Shown here piece by piece: positions 55,014-64,000 of a DNA stretch of 64,000 bases. Position 1 is the stretch's first letter. Every line of letters starts with the position of its first letter. Source of the DNA: Paramoeba atlantica. Its lineage: Eukaryota > Protista > Discosea. The DNA is taken from assembly GCA_977017575.1 (NCBI GenBank), contig CDRNVI010000048.1:124001-188000 (forward strand). The letters run 5' to 3'. Made by a program: the position numbers and the translations under genes. Below the pieces are notes generated by a model, which saw only the letters and a program-made list of their open reading frames with translations, did no database searches and was not told the origin of the DNA.

Positions 55014-58000
55014 TTATAGACTGAATTCCTGCGTAGCGCCTTCTTCGTTTAGGTATTTCCGAAGGTGGGAATAAACTTCTAGACCATTTAATTCCTGCAC
55101 CAGTAGTTTAAATTCCTGTTCAACCCTCTGCCGGTCTAGTAAGGCGGCATCTGCTATCGCATGGATCAGACTTTGCGTGTTGCGATGTAAAGAACCTCCG
55201 GACAGAACAGGCAAGCATTGAAAGCATTCTTCTCGTATAATATTCGTCTGCACGTACGTGTTATGTTTCCTTTTGATCGCGTCGTTGATTAGTTGGATGC
55301 ATTTTTTAGACCTATTGCTCTGCGAAAGCTCGTGTATTACGGTTAAGTCATAGTATACCTCGCCGTTGTTCCAATAAATAACGAGATCCGGTCCGGATCG
55401 GCATAGCCGTCTTCCAGTGCAAACTTTCTGATGAGTTACGTGATTGCTTGGACTAATTATATCTCTGCACTGCAGACATTTCCATGACGAGAAAGCTCTG
55501 GGTTCCTTTTCACATGGCAATCCAGCTTTGTGGCATAGTCGCTGTAGAAATGTAACAAGTGCATTGTGCTTCGCCGTTGAATTGAATCCTGAGCATTGAA
55601 CGCATCCTGGGATATGTGACAGAGCATTCCGATTGTCGAGAACAATGCCACATCCCGGGCAAAGAAGGTTGGTCGGAAGATTTTGATGTTGAGCATTTAG
55701 CCTAGGCATAACCGCAAGCTTAAATAGGTGTGACGGTATACTTCGTACATGTGACGTGAGCCAGTCGTTGTTGCCTTTGAAAGAAGTGGCTTGAAGTATG
55801 GGCTTAAGTTCGGGATTTAGCAGCAATTCTTTCCAATCCTTTTCATGTTGAATCACGTTGGATGTTTCGTCGTCAACAGGTGTAATTTTTAGACTAGATT
55901 TCTTTGGAATGCATTTGTGTGCAGCTGTGGTGTTTGTTACAGTCCGAGCTGAAGATCTTTGGCGCTCAAGAACTGAAAAACGCGAAGCAGCGTACGCATT
56001 CGCTCTATTGGGATTACTGGCTGTTAATCCGAAACCCCCTTTTTTGAATGGAAGACGGATGATTTTCTTTCGATTTGATGATAACGGCCCGAACCAGGCT
56101 TCCACGACATCCTCGACTTTTTGATCAAACTCCGCAGTAGCAGTGTCTGTGGTGTCCGCTTCGTGAACGCGCATGAGGTATTGCAGTCTAATGTTTACGC
56201 ATTTAGACAGCAGCAGAAGAGAAATATTATTTATACCCATTTTCTTTAGCCGCCTAAACCCGTCATCATGTTTGTTTACCTGTCGAAGGAGCCTTTCACT
56301 AATCGACTCGTTTTCACCTATGTGAGCACCCAGTATCTTAATGGCATCGGATTCTGTTTTAAGACCTTGCTGTTGAAGAGACCATGGTATGGAGTTTCCT
56401 GACATTCCCTGAAACCACACACACTTCGTCTCGGCGAGACTCACCCGTTTCTGCTTGAGAAGATCTCTAAGTCGGAAAAACACCGTTTCTAATTCGTTAG
56501 GGTCTCGCGAAACCAGAGTTATATCGTCGATGTAAGCGTTGATTTCTACACCAGGGAATTCCATGGCCAACGTTTCAAGGATCGGCTGACAAAATACACA
56601 AAAGTATAGACTTGCTAAGGCAGAACCTTGTCGTACTCCAGCGGAACTCGGTATAATGCTCGCTAAATTGCCATCAGAACCGAAATACAGCAGGTCAGAG
56701 GGTTCGGAGTATTCGGCGGTGAAGAACCTCTGGAAAGGTTTGAGTGTTGCAAATGCAAAGACGCTTTTGGCCATTTCGGTCCTTGAAGGGGTGTTAAATG
56801 CATTCCTCATGTCGACAGATAGAATCGTGTGACCGTCTCGATATCGGTCGCGTAGCTTGTGGACGATTCTTTCACACCCCGCCTGCGAAAACACCCCCTG
56901 TTGCATTGGAGAGAAAAGGGGTTCCAGCGTTTTTTCATACCTCTGCAGCAATATCAGGCCGGCTAGCTTACCAAATATTTCGCCAATCGCTACAGGCCGA
57001 ACTCCTCCGTCGGGTTTTGCTATTGCAACCAGACGGGCCCGATTAAGTCTTTGCATCACTTGGCGTGAAAGAAATCCGTTGATCAGGTCCCCCATCATGT
57101 GACACATACTCCCACAACATGGCTCGTCGTCAACCAGTAGTCTAATAACACTATCCGTTGTTCCTGTGGGACCCGGGCTGACGCCTTTCGCCAACCGTTT
57201 GCTGGCGCTGCGAATTTCGATCGGCGAAACTGCAGCTATGATGGGTGCATCTTCGGGTACGTTAAATTTGCTGTTTTGTTCCGGATGCAGGTCTCGCAGC
57301 TTTTGTATGGTTTCTTGGTCTGTAAGTGACTTATTCTGAAACGAACGATCGAGTACTTTACATGCTTTGGAAACGCAGCCTTCTAAGGCAAGACGTGTTA
57401 CTCTCTTGATGGCTCTTCGGTCCTCTTTCGCTACTACTTCTTCTTCCGCCTTGTCGTCATTAAACGGGTCTCGTAGAGGTCTTCGGCGTCTTTGTCTGAC
57501 ACTGGATTGACGGACCTCTGCAAGAGACAGTTTCATAGCAGACAGAACTTGGTTCCATATTTTGTTCCTTTGCGGATAGTCGCTTTGATGGTACGGTTGC
57601 ATAATGTCTCGATATATGGCAAGTATTCGCGGAATGAAGTCTGGACTAATTGTTTTGGCCGTGGGAATCGGAAGGTGGTCAACGTCGTCGCCTTTCCAGT
57701 CACTCACATTGAAACCTAAACTGTTGAATGTGGTATCTTCGTGTGATTGTTCGTCGCTTTCATCCAACTCTGGCGGCGTTATGTGCCACCGTAGGTGAAA
57801 GATCCGTACGTTTTCTTGAGGCGGAAGGAAGCCGTCGAAATATTCGCTTGCATGATGGCCTTTGATACCTCTGTACCGAAGAGTGATCTTCTTCTTGTTA
57901 GCTCTGCGATTTGTTTTTGTAACGACACCCTCCGATATGTTGATTTTCGTTTGCCTGTCGAAAGTCCAAGCGATAGTGCACGTCGCTCCGTTTTTGATGT

Positions 58001-59621
58001 GAGATAGTGATTGGATGATGTCATTGGAGGTGATGGGGAACTCTGTTTCCGGTTTTATGGCTCCGATAATGTTCTCGAAGACTTCGCCATTTATTCCATC
58101 GCAAAATGTGATCGCGGAACCTCTCTGTATTTCGTCAGCTATGTCCACAGGAATAGGTGGTAGTGGGGTTTCAAGGGCTGCGCCGCGAGTCGGAGACTCA
58201 CAGTCGTGAAATTCAACATCTTTGTCTATAGACTCTTCTGCTCCTGTACTCTTTTCCGTAATTGGAGTCGGGGTAGCGTCAGTGTCATTGTTGAGATCGT
58301 CGGCCGGGGATGGTGTCATCGGTTTTCCGGGAAGCTGTTCTAGCATGGTTTTTCTTCGAATTCCTAGTTGCTCTCTAGGAACATCGTTCTCGGCAACGGT
58401 TTGTGCTGTGTCTATCTGTTCTTTGTATCTCCGTCGAAGATTTTCCATCATCAAGGAGGATGGATTTAGTGGGCGCATGACAAGTTCATTAAGGGTTTCC
58501 GGATCCTTCGGTGGGGGGGTGGCTGCGTCCGCGTAAGTCGGTTCTGTACTACAGTTGGTAAAGGCAGTTACTTTTGCAGTGTTAGTTTTTAGCATGACGC
58601 TCCCTTCTGGATGTCGAAGTGTCGGGTTGCTGTTCTCGTGTTCTTTACTTTGTTGTACTAAATTCAACTGTTTGTTCCGTCGACTAAAAAAGCTGGACGA
58701 GAGGAGCGAGTTCTTGAATCGAATACGGCAGTTGGATTTCGAATGTTTATCGACTTCTTTGCTGGCCATCCCATCGCTCGGTGGCATGTTTGGCGCTTCG
58801 CTGGATCTGTCTTGACATCTTGGGGAATGATTCATCGAACTCGTATGATTTTTAGCAGAATTTAGTGGATTATGGAGGTCTGGAGCTGATAACGGTGTCA
58901 GAGGTGGCAGCGACGGCGGTGGCAACGGCGGTGGCAAATCTGGCGATTCAGGGCTCGGGCGTGTAGTTTGCGTGGTGATGATTGCAGATAGTTGATGGCT
59001 CTCAGTTTGCATCGCCGTAACGCTGGCGCGGGCTTTCCGCGACAGCGCATGCATGCTCGATTGCGTAAAGGGTGTGACCTGCACCAGTGCAGCTGGAGTG
59101 GACGGCGGAGCAAGTAAAGGTGGCGGCGCAGCGCAATGGGACGGCGGCGGCTGTGGCGGCAGGGTCTCAGGAGCTTTATTTTTTTGCCGCGAAGGTGGCG
59201 ATCGCTGCGGCGGCGGCGGCGACTGTTGCGGTGTTGTGGTCGCTGGAGGCTCTGGACTGTTGCGGTGGTGGAGGCGCTGGTGGCCTGAGCACGTGGAGGG
59301 TGTGACCTGCACCAGTGCAGCGGGAGGCGGCAGCGGCGGCGCAATGGGGGGGAACGGAGGCGCAGCGGGAGAGCAGACGTCGCAGAGAGGCAACGCAGCA
59401 GATTGTATAATCCGTGGCGGCGACTGTGGCAAATCCTCAGAAGGTTTCTTTTTTTGCCCCGAATGTGGCGATCGCTGCTGCAGCGGTGGCGAATGTTGCG
59501 GTGTTGTGGGCGGCAGCCCCACTTCAAGCGTTTTCTTCTTCCCTCGTCGGGATGGCGGCAGCGGTACAACCTCTGGAGCTACTCCAGTGTCCTTCGCCCT
59601 GCTCCGCGTGAACATTCCCAT
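55014..59621 (-). CDS. CRE-clade polyprotein (Pro-rich N-terminus, RT, Zn knuckle, restriction-like endonuclease), 1535 aa
   Basis: SPGPTG, RLVAIAKPDGGVRPVAIGE, VDMRNAFN, GVRQGSALAS, YIDD; CPGC..H..C; GPDLVIYW..YYDLTVIHE..KRKHNTY. Confidence 0.92.
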   Translation of the reverse strand: MGMFTRSRAKDTGVAPEVVPLPPSRRGKKKTLEVGLPPTTPQHSPPLQQRSPHSGQKKKPSEDLPQSPPRIIQSAALPLCDVCSPAAPPFPPIAPPLPPPAALVQVTPSTCSGHQRLHHRNSPEPPATTTPQQSPPPPQRSPPSRQKNKAPETLPPQPPPSHCAAPPPLLAPPSTPAALVQVTPFTQSSMHALSRKARASVTAMQTESHQLSAIITTQTTRPSPESPDLPPPLPPPSLPPLTPLSAPDLHNPLNSAKNHTSSMNHSPRCQDRSSEAPNMPPSDGMASKEVDKHSKSNCRIRFKNSLLSSSFFSRRNKQLNLVQQSKEHENSNPTLRHPEGSVMLKTNTAKVTAFTNCSTEPTYADAATPPPKDPETLNELVMRPLNPSSLMMENLRRRYKEQIDTAQTVAENDVPREQLGIRRKTMLEQLPGKPMTPSPADDLNNDTDATPTPITEKSTGAEESIDKDVEFHDCESPTRGAALETPLPPIPVDIADEIQRGSAITFCDGINGEVFENIIGAIKPETEFPITSNDIIQSLSHIKNGATCTIAWTFDRQTKINISEGVVTKTNRRANKKKITLRYRGIKGHHASEYFDGFLPPQENVRIFHLRWHITPPELDESDEQSHEDTTFNSLGFNVSDWKGDDVDHLPIPTAKTISPDFIPRILAIYRDIMQPYHQSDYPQRNKIWNQVLSAMKLSLAEVRQSSVRQRRRRPLRDPFNDDKAEEEVVAKEDRRAIKRVTRLALEGCVSKACKVLDRSFQNKSLTDQETIQKLRDLHPEQNSKFNVPEDAPIIAAVSPIEIRSASKRLAKGVSPGPTGTTDSVIRLLVDDEPCCGSMCHMMGDLINGFLSRQVMQRLNRARLVAIAKPDGGVRPVAIGEIFGKLAGLILLQRYEKTLEPLFSPMQQGVFSQAGCERIVHKLRDRYRDGHTILSVDMRNAFNTPSRTEMAKSVFAFATLKPFQRFFTAEYSEPSDLLYFGSDGNLASIIPSSAGVRQGSALASLYFCVFCQPILETLAMEFPGVEINAYIDDITLVSRDPNELETVFFRLRDLLKQKRVSLAETKCVWFQGMSGNSIPWSLQQQGLKTESDAIKILGAHIGENESISERLLRQVNKHDDGFRRLKKMGINNISLLLLSKCVNIRLQYLMRVHEADTTDTATAEFDQKVEDVVEAWFGPLSSNRKKIIRLPFKKGGFGLTASNPNRANAYAASRFSVLERQRSSARTVTNTTAAHKCIPKKSSLKITPVDDETSNVIQHEKDWKELLLNPELKPILQATSFKGNNDWLTSHVRSIPSHLFKLAVMPRLNAQHQNLPTNLLCPGCGIVLDNRNALSHIPGCVQCSGFNSTAKHNALVTFLQRLCHKAGLPCEKEPRAFSSWKCLQCRDIISPSNHVTHQKVCTGRRLCRSGPDLVIYWNNGEVYYDLTVIHELSQSNRSKKCIQLINDAIKRKHNTYVQTNIIREECFQCLPVLSGGSLHRNTQSLIHAIADAALLDRQRVEQEFKLLVQELNGLEVYSHLRKYLNEEGATQEFSL

Positions 59622-59649
59622 TAAGTAAAAGTAAAAAGTAAACAACAAG

Positions 59650-59685
59650 CAACAAGGTACAGAAACTGTATCTTTATCGTTAAAG
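59650..59685 (-). repeat. Near-complete spliced-leader exon copy (36 nt)
   Basis: Identical to 35316-35351; followed by CTTG, not GT. Confidence 0.92.
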
Positions 59686-59689
59686 GCGA

Positions 59690-60011
59690 AGTCCTCGGGA
59701 CGGGAGCTGCTTGGACAGAACCAATTGAGATTAATAGAGGAGAAGCACTAGCTGTTCATCACGCCCTCCAAGCCTTCATGAAGCAGTGGCAAGGAATTGA
59801 AAAAATTCAGTTGATGATTGACAACACAAGTGTTGTCGCAGCTCTGCGCAAACGTTGGGCAGAATCTCCGGCTCTGGCAGAAGTATTGTCAAATCTTTTG
59901 CCGATCTTTTCAAAACTGAATATACAGATAGAGGTGTTATACGTCCCAACACAGGAAAACCTGGCCGATCCCTGGAGCCGAAATCAGTTTGGTACTTGGC
60001 GAAAGGGTTGA
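59690..60011 (+). pseudogene. C-terminal part of the VIPER RNase H
   Basis: EVLGTGAAW..INRGEALAV..LMIDNTSVV..YVPTQENLADPWSR continues ..TPLG from 54764. Confidence 0.85.
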
Positions 60012-60299
60012 GTACTTGCGAGGGGGTGGGTGCCGGCGAACACCCACTCGTAAGTCAACTAGATTTCAAGTAATAAAAAATTTTCTCTTCAAAGTTAGCG
60101 TAAACAACATACCTTTCATCAAAGAACGAATATGTAGTAGCATTTACTCAATTCATATAGCATAGAAACTTTACGTCTTTCTTCTTACAAATGTGGAGAT
60201 AAAATAGCAGAGAGCATACCCGGAGAGGAATTATGAAAGTTTACGAAAGTAATTCATCGGAGTGGTTAAAAATTTGTTTAGTATGCCTTCTAAAAAAAA

Positions 60300-60330
60300 A
60301 ACGATAAAGATACAGTTTCTGTACCTTGTT
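60300..60330 (+). repeat. Spliced-leader exon copy preceded by an A tract
   Basis: AACGATAAAGATACAGTTTCTGTACCTTGTT; the terminal G is missing or changed to A. Confidence 0.85.
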
Positions 60331-60381
60331 TAATTATTTTTCTTCATTTCAATTACTTTTCAGGCACGAGCCTCCCCCCCT

Positions 60382-60672
60382 ATGCCCGACGCCGACAAAA
60401 CGACGACCCATTCCACGACACACCCCGAAGCAAAGCAAGAATCAAACTTTGGTGACGAGGCCGCCTCACACGAATTGGGTTCTTGGGATCAATTTGAAGC
60501 GAACAAACACCTCACGATCGGGGAAAGCACATATGATGAGGCGCTGTATACTACTAAACTTCCTGACGATCTTCCGCCGGAATTGACACAGCGATCCGAA
60601 GAAATCGCTCGAAGTATCATCAAATCGCGCGCAGGCCCTACACCAGATACGGGGAACGTTGAAGGAATGTCT
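60382..60672 (+). pseudogene. 5' fragment of a second LsmAD-type element
   Basis: NFGDEAASHELGSWDQFEAN..STYDEALYTTKL..EEIARSI..PTPDTG aligns to the N-terminus of the 704-aa ORF. Confidence 0.8.
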
Positions 60673-60673
60673 A

Positions 60674-61727
60674 GAAGTTTACGAATAGAATTGTTCGAAG
60701 GGATTTATACGCCGATAAATGGCCGGCGGGCATTGTACGCTTGTATTTAGAATGATTTGAATATGCAGTTTAGTCCGTATGATTATCGCTTTTATTTGAA
60801 GAAGTGTTTTTCTCCATACAAAACTTTTTGTTTATGCCTTCGTCGCCGCGAGAATCCCCACGTGAAACGCGAAGTTGTTCTCCCGACATGGTGCCGGATA
60901 ATCCGATGGGACGGGAGGAAATGTCAGTGTTGAAGTCAAGGGTTTGCGAGCAACTGCTCTTATCTAAGGAGTCTCATCCAGTTTTGCATATCAAGGCAGT
61001 GTGGCGACGAAAAAACGCGGCGACTTCGGCAAAGCGCATGTCTCATGGGAAAGTACGGCGGGAAGGGATGGAGATGTGGGCTGTTTGGGATGACGAGCCG
61101 GGTAAAGAGCACCCTTTTCCGCATCAGCAGCTCGACTATTTCCGCGTGGATGTGGAGGACATGGGAGTGGTAGAAGGGAGTGGTGGGTTAGAGTTTATAG
61201 CGCTGGAAGGCGGACGGCCCCTGCCTCCCGATGCACAGCCGGTGGTGCCCACGAGTGGAGTGAAGATTGACCCGTACGAGCCAATTACATGGCCGGGGTA
61301 TATCGACGCCAAACATGATGACGGATTTCGTCTCAAGGACTTATTTCGGGAATTGAAGGAGGCACCCGAATATGGATTGCGTCTAAATCAGTTTTTCCAG
61401 GATAGGTCTTTTCAGAGGCAGCAGGAGCGCAATTTCGATCAACTTCTTGGGAAATGGATTATACTAGCGCGTAAAACTCCAGGATGGAATGAGGGTGAAT
61501 TTCTCGAACTGGGCAAAGCAATCATTCAAAGTCTTCGCGATGCATATTGGAGGGCGTGTAAAGTTGATGTAGAAGCAGTGCATCGCAAAATGGATAAGGA
61601 TGACCGGGCTCACAACAAATTTTTTCAACATGTAACTGACCAATTGAGTGAGCGAGAAAAGTATAGGAACAGGTATGGTGCCACTTTCTTTGCGGGTCGC
61701 GCTGGTACGTTTGCACTTTTTTTTTAA
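60674..61727 (+). mobile_element. Probable 5' part of a second, divergent VIPER-like element (gag ORF 60834-61727)
   Basis: GAAGTTTACGAATAGAATT resembles the first VIPER terminus GAAAGTTTACGAAAGTAATT; similar distance to the ATG (about 160 bp); the protein parallels the 48203 Gag in motif order. Confidence 0.55.
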
Positions 61728-61753
61728 GGTGGTCTTTACAAAAAAAGGTGGTC

Positions 61754-61937
61754 TTTTTTATTAAGATCAACCTTTTTATTAAGATCAACCTTTTTATTAT
61801 GATCAACCTTTTTATTAAGATCAACCTTTTTATTAAGATCAACCTTTTTATTAAGATCAACCTTTTTATTAAGATCAACCTTTTTATTAAGATCAACCTT
61901 TTTATTAAGATCAACCTTTTTATTAAGATCAACCTTT
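61754..61937. repeat. 18-bp minisatellite CTTTTTATTAAGATCAAC x10
   Basis: Read directly; one variant unit. Confidence 0.95.
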
Positions 61938-62049
61938 TGGGGGGAGAGCTCGCTGAGGTCTTTCTCTAGGCAAGAGAAAGAGATACGAGCTTGTGATTAA
62001 ATGTAAAAAAATTCATTCGACCAATTCTCTCCGTAAACTATAAAAAAAA

Positions 62050-63984
62050 TCATCTGGTATTTTATCTTATGTGCCGTCATCACTGTTTTTTGTGTGTTAT
62101 CTTGCGTGCTTTTGGCACGATTTCCGGAGTAACTTCAAAGATTCAGCATTGCAGACTTCCTACCCAATGTTCTTGGGCCATATATATATAAACTTTTAGA
62201 ACTTGATAAATTGATAACCATTGCAAATACTCAGTTGCACTTTTTATCTATCTTTATCACCAAAGTCTGTCCTAAGATGTTGCAACGTCTTGAGATTAAA
62301 ACCAAAACCTCATCTGGTATTTTATCTTATGTGCCGTCATCACTGTTTTTTTTTGTGTGTTATCTTGTGTGCGTTTGGCACGATTTCCGGAGTAACTTCA
62401 AAGATTCAGCATTGCAGACTTCCTACCCAATGTTCTTGGGCCATATATTGCCGCAGTTGCGAGAAGAGTGTATGCGGAGAATTTTTCAATTTCCAATTGG
62501 AATGCTTCTCGAGTGTTTTCTGCGTCTAGGCCTGCCCTATTTGCCAGTGTCTTGAGGAGTTCCTTAGTTTCTTTGTGAAGAAGACCACAATCTGTTACTG
62601 GTATGCAGCGAAAGTATTCTTGGTCCAATCCTTTTTCCTGCACATATTTCCGTTGCTTACGGTCTACCGCATTTTGGAGGAGGGCAACGCTTGTCTGCCG
62701 CTTGTAGCTCCCACAACAAGTGTGCACCACTGTCACATCATAGAGTATCTCCCCAACATTTGGCCACATTATGGCCAGATCAGGACCTGAACGAATTCTC
62801 CGAGCACGACAAGGGTGATGTTCTGCAGCTTCAGGTGAAATGGAACATTTGCACTTCGTGCAGAAGAAGGAAGAATGAAGGCGTGGTTCTATAGCGCAGG
62901 GTACTCCAGCTTTGGCACAAAGATCGGAAAGGTAGCGTACGATGTGGGAGTGTCTTCTCGTACAGTTCATCCCTGCACATCTTGAACACCCAGCTACATG
63001 TGTGGAATGATTCCATGTGGTGTTTCCGTGGCGCCGCATCCTGGACAAGTAATTTCATTCGGCGCACCTTGGAGTGCGATACCAAGCCGCATCATGAGTG
63101 TATATCGGAAGAGATACGGATTCACGTAATTATTTGTCGCTGCTAAGTGGAGATTTGCTTCTTTTGATCGCTTCATAATGCCCGCAAATCTGTCCTTTTG
63201 CATCAGTTCTGAAGCCAGTGTTTCATGTTCTAGCTTAATCTGCTTTTTGAAATCAGTACGTGCAGCTTGGCTGGAAATTTTCTTGTGGTTGGCACCTTTC
63301 CGCTCTCCCGTGATATCTACTGGAGCGTTAGTGGGTTTAAGTTGCTCATCAATAGAATTACGGGAAATCGAAAAAAGATAGCGTTGCTTCAATATCGTCG
63401 ATGTTATGCCTAAGCCGCCCATCTTACATGGTAGAGAAGCTAGTCGGAGGGCTTCATCATCTGCATTGCACCATCGTCTCAACACTTTGTGGATTTCTTT
63501 ATCAAATACCTCAGCGAGGGAAAAACGTTGCCTCTGGAACGTGCACTCTAAGATGATAATCGTGACGTGGAAGAGTACACCGACGCAGGATTGCTAGCGA
63601 CAGGTTACTTGGCCCCATCACCCGTAGACGACGAAAAAGACATTCATGTTTACTCAGCTTTTCAATCAGTTTATGTTCCACAACTTTCGCACTTCCTATG
63701 TATCCACCTAACACTTTGATGGACTGTTCGCATGTTGTGACGCCAAGCTCCTCGAGGTTGGTGTTATTTAATACTTCGTTCGTGTTTCGGAACCACTCGC
63801 ATTTTCCGTAGTTTATATGTAAATTCAAATCCTGGGTAAGTTCACGTAAATGATGAAAAGCTGCCTCCAGTGACTTTACATTCCTTGAGCTCATTGTAAC
63901 GTCGTCTTGGTACGCTCGAATTTTTACTTCGGGATAATTTTTGTTGCACAATCGGGAACAGGGATCCAATCTACTCGTTTTCAA
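62050..63984 (-). mobile_element. Frameshifted CRE-clade copy with a duplicated ~137-bp 3' end (62050-62186 vs 62310-62448)
   Basis: AYQDD, GKCEWF, MGGLGI, CPGC, GPDLAIMW..YDVTVVH..RKQRKY across three frames. Confidence 0.85.
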
Positions 63985-64000
63985 CGTCCGCCATACGGGA

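Larger units (their letters stand above)
54765..59685 (-). mobile_element. Full-length SL-capped CRE-clade non-LTR retrotransposon inserted in the VIPER RNase H gene
   Basis: 36-nt SL (59650-59685), 28-nt UTR, single intact ORF, 3' UTR, A10 tract (T run at 54793-54802). AGGCGA is duplicated at 54759-54764 and 59684-59689. Confidence 0.92.
48049..60285 (+). mobile_element. VIPER-type tyrosine-recombinase retrotransposon (gag-YR-RT/RNase H, ~4.9 kb net) with two nested insertions
   Basis: Gene order gag, YR, RT-RH. Identical 52-bp direct repeats at 48049-48100 and 60234-60285. The RNase H frame is restored by removing the CRE insertion. Confidence 0.85.

Noticed and set aside
61522-61969. ILIKRL / FIKINL repeat proteins
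   Set aside because: Translations of an 18-bp non-coding minisatellite.
1-64000. Prokaryotic origin (bacterial IS elements, operons), tRNA/rRNA genes or telomeric repeats
   Set aside because: Gene content is eukaryotic (WEE1, SLBP, mL43, XRN); no tRNA cloverleaf, rRNA or TTAGGG array was recognised by eye.

Overview
This is eukaryotic nuclear DNA, very probably from a kinetoplastid or a closely related euglenozoan. The genes are intronless and all lie on one strand, and several copies of a spliced-leader (SL) mini-exon are present (CTTTAACGATAAAGATACAGTTTCTGTACCTTGTTG, with the euglenozoan core ACAGTTTCTGTAC..TTG). The species cannot be fixed from the sequence; a non-trypanosomatid lineage such as a Perkinsela-like or bodonid organism is an inference. 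The window has three zones. (1) 0.5-5.5 kb is a pile of DNA-transposon relics: Merlin, Tc1, hAT and TA-flanked MITEs. (2) 6.9-34.3 kb is a minus-strand directional gene cluster: DEDDh exonuclease, WEE1, a CAMK-type kinase, an XRN-family nuclease, BCKDH E2, an SLBP-domain protein, a COX VIII-like protein, a repeat protein, an FHA protein, mL43 and an LRR protein, interrupted by a Merlin element and hairpin/foldback repeats. (3) 34.4-64 kb is a retroelement graveyard: stacked CRE-clade (RT plus restriction-like endonuclease) fragments and a VIPER-type tyrosine-recombinase retroelement carrying a nested hAT and a nested full-length CRE element. The most striking observations are two. First, the CRE-clade elements begin with a genomic copy of the SL exon, with no GT donor after it and outside any SL array; two loci carry tandem SL relics. 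Second, one CRE family has an Ataxin-2/Pbp1 LsmAD domain fused in frame ahead of its reverse transcriptase. Domain calls are by-eye motif recognition, not database searches. Element ends without a quoted TSD are approximate.
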